Shown here: positions 1 to 17,550 of the stretch, piece by piece
Numbering within the stretch: the first letter of the stretch is position 1
How the letters are laid out: every line of letters starts with the position of its first letter
From: Monocercomonoides exilis PA203
Lineage: Eukaryota > Protista > Preaxostyla
Direction: 5' to 3'
Assembly (NCBI GenBank): GCA_001643675.2
Contig: LSRY02000005.1
Location: forward strand, 1,736,001 to 1,800,000
Length of the DNA: 64,000 nt
The notes under the pieces: model-generated
The model's database searches: none
Seen by the model: only the letters and a program-made list of their open reading frames with translations
What the model was told of the DNA's origin: nothing
Translations under genes and position numbers: made by a program

Positions 1-166
1 TCAGGAACGGGTGGACTAGCACTATGTCGTCTTCTGGTGTTCCTTTCTCTCTCTTCCTTCTCATGGAGGATAGTCTCCAAGTACTTCCGCAGGGCACCGG
101 CGCAATCTGTTCTGAAATTGTATCTAGTGTTCTCGGTCCGATTGTCTGTAATATCTCTGCGACTTT

Positions 167-2371
167 CTACCCCCTCAGTGCATAGTCCGGCTTTTTCGCC
201 ATCCGGCTGAGTGCATCTGCTTCCGTGTTCTGCTCTCCCGGGAGGTGTTCCATCTGTATTGTCAAGTCCAGGCTGTTCAGTTTCTTCTCCAATGCTCTCA
301 GTGTTGGGATGAGCGATGGCGCTCCTCTTTTCTTCTGGATTGTCCATCTCGTGGACATGTTGTCTGTCTTCAGACGAATATGATCTATCTTCTGATCTTT
401 CAGCCATGCTCCTTTCCTTTCCAAAGTCCTCAACACTGCTCTGGACTCCTTTTCGTTTATCGCTAATGCGCTCTCTTGGAGGGTCCAACTCCCGTGGACA
501 TATATCTTCTCCTCTTTGTTCTCTGTTGGTATTGTTAATACTGCACCCCATCCCAGCTCTGAAGCGTCCGTTGTTAGCTCTGCTGGTGTGTTCCTTCTCT
601 TCAGACTACTTGGTCTGTTCTCTCTCAGAGTTTTCCTCCAATGTGTTAATTCTCCTAACATCATTGGGTTGGGTATCACTGTCCCGTTCCAGCCTCCGCG
701 GGCTATTGCATGCCTCAGCACGTATTGCATGCGCTTCATCCACAAGCTCGCTGGTGGGTGTTGTAACCTCACAAAATTTTGCCTCCCGAGGAGTGCTGCT
801 AAGTCCCTCGTCTTTTGCCTCCTCCTCTTCTTTGCATGTGCTATCCACTTTCGCACATCCTCCAGGAGCAGCACTCTCTTTCTCTCTTGGAGCGTCACTT
901 CCATCTTCTCTGAGTTCCACAGCCATCCCAGAAACTCCACGCTCCTTGCGGGTTCTAGCTTCAGCTTCTCCTCCGACAGTATCCAGCCCAGATTTCTCAG
1001 GAACTGGGCTATCTCCTGTGAGATCGATCTCAAAGCATCCCTGTCTGGGTGCATGAGGAGGATGTCGTCCAGATATATCACCAGCTTTACCTTCCAATGT
1101 TCTCTGATATATGACGCTGCCCGTCTCATTATCTTCGTGAATACTCTGGGCGCGTCCTTTGCTCCAAATGGCATCCCCACGTAAGTATAACATTGCTTTT
1201 GAAAGCTGAAGCACAGAAAGGGACTGAACTGCTCGTCCACTTTGACATGTTGATAAGCACTCGATATGTCGAGCGTAGTCATCCAATCGTTCTCCTCCAG
1301 GAGTTCCACAACTGTCTCCTGGGAATCCATCTTGAAGTGTTTCCCTAGCACTTCCTCGTTTGAAATTCTGCAATCCAGAATCTTCCTCCACTTTCCGTTC
1401 TTCTTCCGGACCATGAATGTCGGGTTGAACCACTTCACCTCCGACTCCTGTATGAGCTTCACCACTCCTTCCCTCAATTCCTCCTGCAAGAGGGATAAAT
1501 AATTGTTTGTCATCTCTGTTGTTCCCCGAAACTCTTGTCTGTGTTTTTTCTCCTCGAGTGAGATTGGGGACTGGGGACTCATCCATCGAGCTCTTATACC
1601 ACGGCTCACTAGTTTGTCTCCCCCAATCTTCCTCCACTCGCTCAGCCTGTTCACCAGTCTCCCAGGAAGTGGCTCCTTCGGTGGTCCCACTGCTGCGCAA
1701 CTCCTCACTTCTGGACTCTTGTTGCAAAACTGTATCTGTGTATTCCCCTCTCCTTCGAGAGTGTCTGCAATAGCTGTCCTCGAGCTCACCTCCAGGGCGT
1801 TCCCAATTGGGGACTCGATAACAGTCCCATAAGTTCTCCAGACTCTCTTCACTACCTCCCTCTCGGGCTCCTGATCGTTCTTCTGTTTTGTCTTGCGGGG
1901 ATATACGGAGTCTTCCTCTGTGTTCTCTCTCCCTATTCCCATCTCGCAATCTATCGAGCTTTCTATCTCTATCCTCTTCTTTTGGTCGGAAGGGCTCAAT
2001 GCCTCTTCGTTGCTCTCGCAGACTTCCGAGGGTTCCTCCCCTGTGCTTGTCTGTCGATTGATTGGGATCTCTCGTAGTACTGTCATTCCCATGAACTCTG
2101 ACAGCGTCATGTCCGTCCCTGTCTCGCGGTGAAGCGCGGCTCTCTCTTCTCTCTCTGTCTCGCGGCGAAGCGCGTCTCTCTCTTCTCTCTCTGTCTCGCG
2201 GCGAAGCGCGTCTCTCTCTTCTCTCTCTGTCTCGCGGTGAAGCGCGGCTCTCTCTTCTCTCTCTGTCTCGCGGCGAAGCGCGTCTCTCTCTTCTCTCTCT
2301 GTCTCGCGGCGAAGCGCGGCTCTCTCTTCTCTCTCTGTCTCGCGAAAAAGCGCGGATATCTCTAAGCCCAC
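167..2371 (-). CDS. Reverse transcriptase / RNase H (DIRS1-type pol)
   Basis: RT motifs: FMVRKKNGKWRKILD, TLDISSAYQHV, GMPFGAKDAPRVFTK, YLDDILL, FLGW. RNase H motifs: TTDASELGWGA, KTDN, HLPGEQNTEADALSR. The frame is open upstream to a stop at 2705-2707; first ATG is at 2110; the frame stays open after the TAG at 167-169 to the window edge. Confidence 0.92.
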   Translation of the reverse strand: MGLEISALFRETEREERAALRRETEREERDALRRETEREERAALHRETEREERDALRRETEREERDALRRETEREERAALHRETGTDMTLSEFMGMTVLREIPINRQTSTGEEPSEVCESNEEALSPSDQKKRIEIESSIDCEMGIGRENTEEDSVYPRKTKQKNDQEPEREVVKRVWRTYGTVIESPIGNALEVSSRTAIADTLEGEGNTQIQFCNKSPEVRSCAAVGPPKEPLPGRLVNRLSEWRKIGGDKLVSRGIRARWMSPQSPISLEEKKHRQEFRGTTEMTNNYLSLLQEELREGVVKLIQESEVKWFNPTFMVRKKNGKWRKILDCRISNEEVLGKHFKMDSQETVVELLEENDWMTTLDISSAYQHVKVDEQFSPFLCFSFQKQCYTYVGMPFGAKDAPRVFTKIMRRAASYIREHWKVKLVIYLDDILLMHPDRDALRSISQEIAQFLRNLGWILSEEKLKLEPARSVEFLGWLWNSEKMEVTLQERKRVLLLEDVRKWIAHAKKRRRQKTRDLAALLGRQNFVRLQHPPASLWMKRMQYVLRHAIARGGWNGTVIPNPMMLGELTHWRKTLRENRPSSLKRRNTPAELTTDASELGWGAVLTIPTENKEEKIYVHGSWTLQESALAINEKESRAVLRTLERKGAWLKDQKIDHIRLKTDNMSTRWTIQKKRGAPSLIPTLRALEKKLNSLDLTIQMEHLPGEQNTEADALSRMAKKPDYALRG

Positions 2372-2666
2372 TGGCTCGTTCCAGTAGCTGTTTCTGCTGC
2401 TGATTCTCCCTGTATCCTCGGGGGAGCTGGAGGAAGGGGGACTGTGAACGAGGGAGCTCTCCCAGCTGTTGCTGGGGCCTGTTGTGGTCGAGCTTGTGTT
2501 GACCTCCTTCTCTGTTTGAAATTTGAGAAGCCCCCTTCGAACCCTTGCTTCTGGAATTGTCTGTAGGCAAAGCCTTGAGCGTTTCTGCCTGTGCTGTACT
2601 TCCCTGGGCGCACGCCCCTGACTGGGGCGAGGCCGAAGGTTGTGGGAGAAACGGGGGATGCTCCAT
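606..2666 (-). CDS. Long overlapping ORF of the DIRS element (probable N-terminal part of the tyrosine recombinase ORF)
   Basis: ATG at 2666 and 686 open codons overlapping gag and RT. After the single TAG at 606-608 the frame has no further stop down to position 3. Long pol-overlapping ORFs are a known DIRS feature. Confidence 0.6.
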   Translation of the reverse strand: MEHPPFLPQPSASPQSGACAQGSTAQAETLKALPTDNSRSKGSKGASQISNREGGQHKLDHNRPQQQLGELPRSQSPFLQLPRGYRENQQQKQLLERASGLRDIRAFSRDRERRESRASPRDRERRERRASPRDRERRESRASPRDRERRERRASPRDRERRERRASPRDRERRESRASPRDRDGHDAVRVHGNDSTTRDPNQSTDKHRGGTLGSLREQRRGIEPFRPKEEDRDRKLDRLRDGNREREHRGRLRISPQDKTEERSGAREGGSEESLENLWDCYRVPNWERPGGELEDSYCRHSRRRGEYTDTVLQQESRSEELRSSGTTEGATSWETGEQAERVEEDWGRQTSEPWYKSSMDESPVPNLTRGEKTQTRVSGNNRDDKQLFIPLAGGIEGRSGEAHTGVGGEVVQPDIHGPEEERKVEEDSGLQNFKRGSARETLQDGFPGDSCGTPGGERLDDYARHIECLSTCQSGRAVQSLSVLQLSKAMLYLRGDAIWSKGRAQSIHEDNETGSVIYQRTLEGKAGDISGRHPPHAPRQGCFEIDLTGDSPVPEKSGLDTVGGEAEARTRKERGVSGMAVELREDGSDAPREKESAAPGGCAKVDSTCKEEEEAKDEGLSSTPREAKFCEVTTPTSELVDEAHAIRAEACNSPRRLERDSDTQPNDVRRINTLEENSEREQTK
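2121..2344. repeat. 36-bp tandem repeat, 6 copies plus a partial copy
   Basis: Unit gtctcgcgg(c/t)gaagcgcg(g/t)ctctctcttctctctct starting at 2121, 2157, 2193, 2229, 2265, 2301 and 2337. Confidence 0.95.
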
Positions 2667-3600
2667 ACCCTGGAGCGTCCCCCCCTGGACGAAAAAAGCT
2701 GGTGCTATCCACCAGTCTCCTGAAACTCTCTGGGATGTCCTTGGACATTCCCCCGTCCAGAAAACACTTCACATTCTCCCAGCTTGATTGAGGGATAACT
2801 TTCAGCAAGTTTATGCGGCTGATACAGTCTGCTATTAGGGCGTACGCGCAAAAGAGCCCCCTCAGTCGCTCTTTCTCTTCTTCCTCTAAGCGCGTCCTTT
2901 TCAATTCTCTTGTAGTGAGGGCTGCAATCGCCTTCGCGGCTTCAAACCCCGATTCCAGGGCGGGTTGAAGCAGCTCGATAACCCGAGCGGCTTCTGGGGA
3001 GTCTTTTCTTCCCTCAGCAGTGACCCCCGTCACTGCTAAGGCGTTCAAACTGATGTCAGTGTGTCTTGTAAAAAAGTTCTTCTCCGTCTCCGAGATAAAA
3101 GTGTTCAGAATGTCGTCATTTATTCTGATAGATCCGGCTTTGCAAAAGTCCATGAATCTCTTCAGTTCTCCTGCTTGTCTCCTAGGCGTTAACCATTCGT
3201 CTGGGAAAATTCCCAAAAAATCTTCGGATCTATCTTGCTCCTCTTCCCGCTTTTCTGTGTTTCCGGAATCGCTCTCGCTGGTTTCTGCATCGTCCCATTT
3301 CTTCGTCTGGTTACGTCCGCGACTGCCCCTCAATCGCTGTCTGTGTCTTTTCTTTGCGATCATCTCTGTGTCATCAGATTCGGACTCAGATTCGCTTGAT
3401 CTCGATAGAGATCTTCCTCTTGGTCGTTCCCTCTTCGTCTTTCTCATTGGTAATATTCCTACTGCTCCCGAGCGGCTCGGAACTACTCGGCTTCTCGCCA
3501 TTTCCTCAATCAAATTTTCTGCTCTTGAAAGTCTAATTGCAAGATCAATTCCTCTGTCCTCGCTGTCACTGGTTTCCATTCTAACAGGATCTTGTGTCAT
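2362..3600 (-). CDS. Gag-like ORF1 of the DIRS element
   Basis: ~412-aa ORF (first ATG 3600) directly upstream of pol; charged N-terminus, helical core, Pro/Gly/Gln-rich tail; no CCHC knuckle visible. Assigned by position. Confidence 0.65.
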   Translation of the reverse strand: MTQDPVRMETSDSEDRGIDLAIRLSRAENLIEEMARSRVVPSRSGAVGILPMRKTKRERPRGRSLSRSSESESESDDTEMIAKKRHRQRLRGSRGRNQTKKWDDAETSESDSGNTEKREEEQDRSEDFLGIFPDEWLTPRRQAGELKRFMDFCKAGSIRINDDILNTFISETEKNFFTRHTDISLNALAVTGVTAEGRKDSPEAARVIELLQPALESGFEAAKAIAALTTRELKRTRLEEEEKERLRGLFCAYALIADCISRINLLKVIPQSSWENVKCFLDGGMSKDIPESFRRLVDSTSFFRPGGDAPGYGASPVSPTTFGLAPVRGVRPGKYSTGRNAQGFAYRQFQKQGFEGGFSNFKQRRRSTQARPQQAPATAGRAPSFTVPLPPAPPRIQGESAAETATGTSQWA

Positions 3601-3646
3601 TATTACTGCGGACAATGGTGTGTAAGAAAGGTTTATTTGTTAGCGA

Positions 3647-3772
3647 AGTTTGATCTTAAACCACCCATAATTTAAGATCAAACTCATTATTGAGGAGCAA
3701 ACCTGCTCCTTGCGTTCGGATATTCGCTCTATTGCGAATATTTCAGAAGAAACATTCCCTTGTTTGTCTTCT
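3647..3772 (-). other. Cluster of consecutive stem-loops upstream of gag
   Basis: Perfect 14-bp IR 3647-3660/3671-3684; 7-bp IR 3693-3699/3704-3710; 8-bp IR 3720-3727/3734-3741; imperfect IR 3745-3772. Confidence 0.75.
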
Positions 3773-4689
3773 TTGTTAAATTAGTATTTTTCATTTCTGA
3801 AACAATGGATTTCACTGTTGGGCAACTTCAACAAGTTGATTGGAATTAACGTTCCATCTCAAATGTGTGGCTTTGTACTTTGAAAAAAAGCTCAACTTCT
3901 CAAATTGTTTTTGTTCTCAGCAAAAAAGATATTTCTCACCTCTTGATGAAAGATAATAAATATGTAATTGTCTCATTCAACAACTTTTTTCTTCCATTCA
4001 TCTCATGAAAGGCTCTTCTTCTTATCTGTTCATTTTCCAATATATTTTTTTTAATAATTCAAAGTTTTCCTTCCATTGTTCATTTCTTTCCTTTCAACCT
4101 TTTTAACTGAAGTGAATAGTATTAAAAAAGAGTTCTATTATCATTTATCATTGAACCTTGATTGAATATATCGAGAAGAAACAAACAGTCGTTTTTCTTT
4201 TTCGACAATGTTGTTTTCTTGTTTTCCGATTCTCTTCAGACAAATTTAATTGTTAAATCAGGTTGTGCATACTCTTCAAAGAATAAGAAATTCCTCGTTG
4301 ATCAATTCAAAACAACCTCTTTTTGAATTATTGTTGATTTGATACGAAATGAACAATTGTGCATCTTTTCTGGTCTTTTTCAGCTGAGTCATTTCATTTC
4401 ACTCTGCTCTCTTTTCCATTGTTTTTCACAAATCAAATCAATTGGAATTGAAATTGTCACCCTTTCATTTTGTCAAACAATCAACAACGTTTTGGATTCA
4501 GATCTCTCAATTTGATTAACAAACTATTATTTGACAAGCATGAATTCCACCTTGCATCATTCTGAATGAAATGGTGTGAAGACAGTCAATCTGAAAGCAG
4601 AGCTGTGGAAATGACTTCAAAGGACATGTTTTCAAATCTTGAAAATGATTGCCATTCTTTTCAATTCCTTTAATGATTGTTCTTCTTTT

Positions 4690-6010
4690 TTGATGAGATT
4701 TTCTCTGAATTGGAGAATTACACAGAAATAGGACTGAAGGAAAGAATTGAAGAGATAAATGTGATGGCAAACAAAATGGAAGAAAAAGAGATTGCCTTTG
4801 TTTTTCACAAAGAATTGTTCAATTCAATTGACAAATCGATTGGAGAAAAGAAATTGATGGTGAAAAATGCCATTCTGATACTGAAGCATGATGGATATTC
4901 ACAGTGATGAGATGAATCCAGAGTGCTTGTTTTTTCATTGTTCTTCATTGTGCAGAAGATTTGAAAGGATGAATGTTGTTGGAGAAAAGAGCGAAGAATT
5001 TCTTCTTGATCTTCGTGAATGCCCTCTTCTGCTGGACAACATGTGATCATCTTTCTTCCATGAAATCGTCATGTCTTGTCTTCCGAAAGCTTGACTGAGC
5101 AAAGAAGAAAGAGAAGCAATTCAAAAAGAAGTGGAAATGGAATTGTTGACTTTGAATCGTTTTGGAGTGTTTGAATGGTGAAATTGTGCTGTCTTTGTTG
5201 GTGTGGGAAACACGTTGGATAATTCATCAAATTGGACAAAGAAAAGAGAAAAAGAGCTGTTTTTTGAGGAGATGAGAGAAATCATTTCATATGAAGAAGA
5301 ACACAGAAATCTGACAAAACAAACATTTGAATGTTCATGGCAGTTTCAGTTCATCAGAGGTTCTGAAAAGGGGGGTTGCAGAAGAGCTGATTTTTGTGAG
5401 AGAGGTTTCAAGAAAACTGGATGAGGCGATGAGGTTGGTGGATTTGAAGATGAAAGTTGAGGTGTAAGGAGGAAAAGAAAAGGAACTGTGATGCGATCAA
5501 TTCGAAACTTCTTTTTCTCTTGATGAAAATGAAAGATGAAGGAAGTGTTGAATTGACAACAAGCATGAAAAGCAGGAGTGAATAAAAGTGAATCATAAGA
5601 CAAGTTTCTCACTTTTTTTAATGGTAACTGCAAAAATTAGAGACTTAAGCATTGAGGCTTTGTTGAAAGGCAACGTTGCGGACTGGATATCATAGGAAAT
5701 GCAAAAATCACGACTGAATGACAAAGAAGTTTGTTGTTGTTGTGAACATTATTCGGAATTCTTTCAATCTTCTTAATTGAAAATGCAGATAATGCAGCAG
5801 ATGAAGCAAAAAGAAATTATGCATAAAAAAGAAACGATTGAAAAGCTGATAGAAGAAGGATTTCAAGATTTCATAATAAGATGACTCTTTTGACAGATTA
5901 AAAGGATATTTTGATTCAATGGTTTCATGCAAAATAACTTGTGTGTCTTTTTCAAGCCTTTGTGTAGAGAATGTTTGATGAAAAGTTCGTTCATCACACA
6001 AACAACTTGG
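4690..6010 (+). pseudogene. Degenerate copy of a multicopy helical hypothetical-protein family
   Basis: Fragments in shifting frames with many stops: FSELENY..KERIEEIN..VFHKELFNSIDKSIGEKKL..NAILILKH; KEVEMELLTL; ELFFEEMREIISYEEEHRNLTKQTFECSWQF. They resemble, from recall, an expanded Monocercomonoides family. Boundaries approximate. Confidence 0.6.
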
Positions 6011-8173
6011 AAAAGATGAAAGAAAGAAAAAGAGATAATGATAGAGATAGATAGAGCAAAATTTGATTTGAAAATTTTAACAGATCCGTTTTTAATGTGA
6101 GACTTTTTTCTCACTATCAATTATTTGAAATTTCCCAGTGTTTCCAATTGAAAATAAATTCGATACATCAATCAGTGAAGTGCTTTTTCCTGCAAATCGA
6201 AATTTTTTATAAACAAAGAATTGCAATTTTCATATTGCTTTCAACATATTTATATATCAGTTCCATACAAACTGTCAATTAGTGTGGAAATATCAACGTT
6301 CGCAGAGAACAGCAAAGAAAAAAAATTACAAAACGCAATAATTATTTCAGAGAACATGCCGCAGAAGGAAATGAAGTGCAGAGGTTTGAATAAGCAAACG
6401 GAAAAAATAAAAAATAAAAATATAAGCATTATTTTAAAAAATCAAAAATTCGATGGGTCGCCATTTCAAATACAACAATTTGAACTGAAAAAAAAAAAGT
6501 AAATTTATGGCATAGGAAAACAAGATTTTTAAAATTCAAAAAATCTTCTTTTGAAATTGGGTCTCTATAAATCTAAAATAAAGATGCAGGAAAGGAAATT
6601 TTAAACGGTTCACACGAATATGGACAACGACTAACAATGAATATCAAATAAATAAAATCAAATCAAGTTTTTTAAAAGAAATGGAAAGAAACATTAGAAT
6701 ACAATGAAAAGATAAAATAAATAAATGACAAATATTAAACTTGAAAAGAATATCTAAATTCAAAACAATAAAAAATCAAAATCCATTTTCGGGAGAAAAA
6801 AATTCACATATTACGAACTATGCACGTTTTAATGTGAATAATTTCGAATCAATATTTTCCTCATCTTACAGAAATAACTCTGGTATTGTGAAAAGTCAAC
6901 GAACAATAATGAAAGTGCCTTTATCAAAAATGCTGATGAATGAATTTAGGCAGTTGAAAAGCAAAACAAAATTTGAAAAAGTATTCCTTTGGACTTTTTT
7001 ACACACACACAAACATAAATAAAAAGGGACAGTTATCAACAAATAAAATATCCTGCAACAAAAAGCTTGTAAAGTGAAAAAAATATCAACGGCAAATTCA
7101 ATAAGACTTGGAAATAAAATATTCTTTTAATTAACGAACAGAAAAATCAATGCCATCAAATGTAATGATTTTAGAACAAAGGTGATACAAACTCAAAAAT
7201 TGAACTGAAATACTTAATTTAATTTGAGAACAGGCATGAACAAATAGAATTGCAACATTGTTCACCACAATCACCACGAAACAGAAAAAGGTTAAAAGAA
7301 GGAAGTAATCTTCAAATACAACGAAAAGATAAAATAAAAAGGATTAATTCACCAAAACAAAACAACCACAGAATAAATAAAAAGAACAATCATTTCATAT
7401 TTTATATTATTTGGATTTGTCTAAACTATTAAATTGTTATTTCAAACATCGATAATCTGCATAGGCATTGAATAAAGAAAGGATGATTGTAAGCAGCATA
7501 AAAGAATAAAACGGAAGTTAAGCTGTAAGAATTTCCACAACACAAAAAGCACTTTTTTAAAAAAAAAATGAAAAAGAGAGGTTATAAGGGAAAATCCTTC
7601 TATAAAAAAAAAAAAAATAAATAAATAAATAAAAAAGATTTTTGAAAATGATAAAAATTGATGCAACATGGGGTCATTGCCGATGACAATAAAAAGTCAG
7701 AAAAAAACAGTAAAGAAAAATAAGAATGAAATACATTTAAAAAAACTTCCACAAGAAGACCAAAATAGAAATGAAAACGGGAAAACTCTTTCTTCTTAAT
7801 ATCCGTTCAGTATGCATATACACTTTATAATAATTATAATTAAAAATATTGCAGTTAAAAACAAAAACAAAAAAAGAAAGCCACATTGATTCATGAATAC
7901 ATGGAAAGATTATAAACGATCATGGAACAGTTGTTGTAATACATACAAAAGACATAATCCTGATTGGCAATAAATACCAATGGTGAGATACCTAAATGAA
8001 CAGAAACTTGATGTTTTCTTTTTTGCTATTCAGATCAATTCAACAATACAGACACAATTTCCATTTTGGCTTTTATATTCATTTCATGTCAAATATTCAC
8101 ATAACTTTTATTTCCTTTAACTTTTCATTTCTTTCTTTCTTTTCCTTTCTTTTCTTTTTGAACTGCAATGCAA

Positions 8174-17215
<9,042 letters not shown>

Positions 17216-17550
17216 TTAGTGTGTTAAAAACCACCAAATTTCAACTTGACTCTGTGTAATGGGAATTTCGATTTTCAGAGAGAAAATATTAGATGAAAGA
17301 TATTTTTCTTTCTTGATCTCTTTTGTAGCAGGAATAGAAATGTTGTTAATAATTGAAAGGATTTTCGTTGATTTCTTTCATTGAATGAAACATATTGTTA
17401 AATAAATATTTGCTTTACACACCCGTCGCACTCTGTCAAAATGTTTGTTTTGAATATTCTTAACTTTTTGTTATTTAATCCATTTTCTTGCATAAAAATG
17501 ATTTTGAAATTATTAATATTTAACATTAATCACTTGCATGTTGTGTTTAA

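Larger units (their letters stand above)
1..3780 (-). mobile_element. DIRS-like (tyrosine-recombinase class) retrotransposon, 5' portion; continues beyond the left window edge, probably decaying
   Basis: Gag-like ORF followed by a DIRS1-type RT/RNase H ORF with no protease in front of RT, plus a long overlapping ORF in another frame. GC is much higher than in the flank beyond ~3780. The recombinase domain and 3' terminus are not in the window, and the 5' boundary is approximate. Confidence 0.85.

Noticed and set aside
167-608. TAG reassigned to Gln genome-wide (as in some oxymonads)
   Set aside because: Host genes of thousands of codons contain no in-frame TAG/TAA, and several end in TAA.
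2121-2344. 36-bp repeats as a CRISPR array
   Set aside because: Head-to-tail with no spacers, coding, and in a eukaryotic retroelement.
3800-4660. Possible degraded coding remnant on the minus strand
   Set aside because: No recognisable motif or sustained frame.
6100-8170. Short K/N/F-rich ORFs in AT-rich intergenic DNA (also 36711-37184 and 59000-61720)
   Set aside because: Composition-driven, with no motifs and no consistent spliced model; small genes cannot be excluded.
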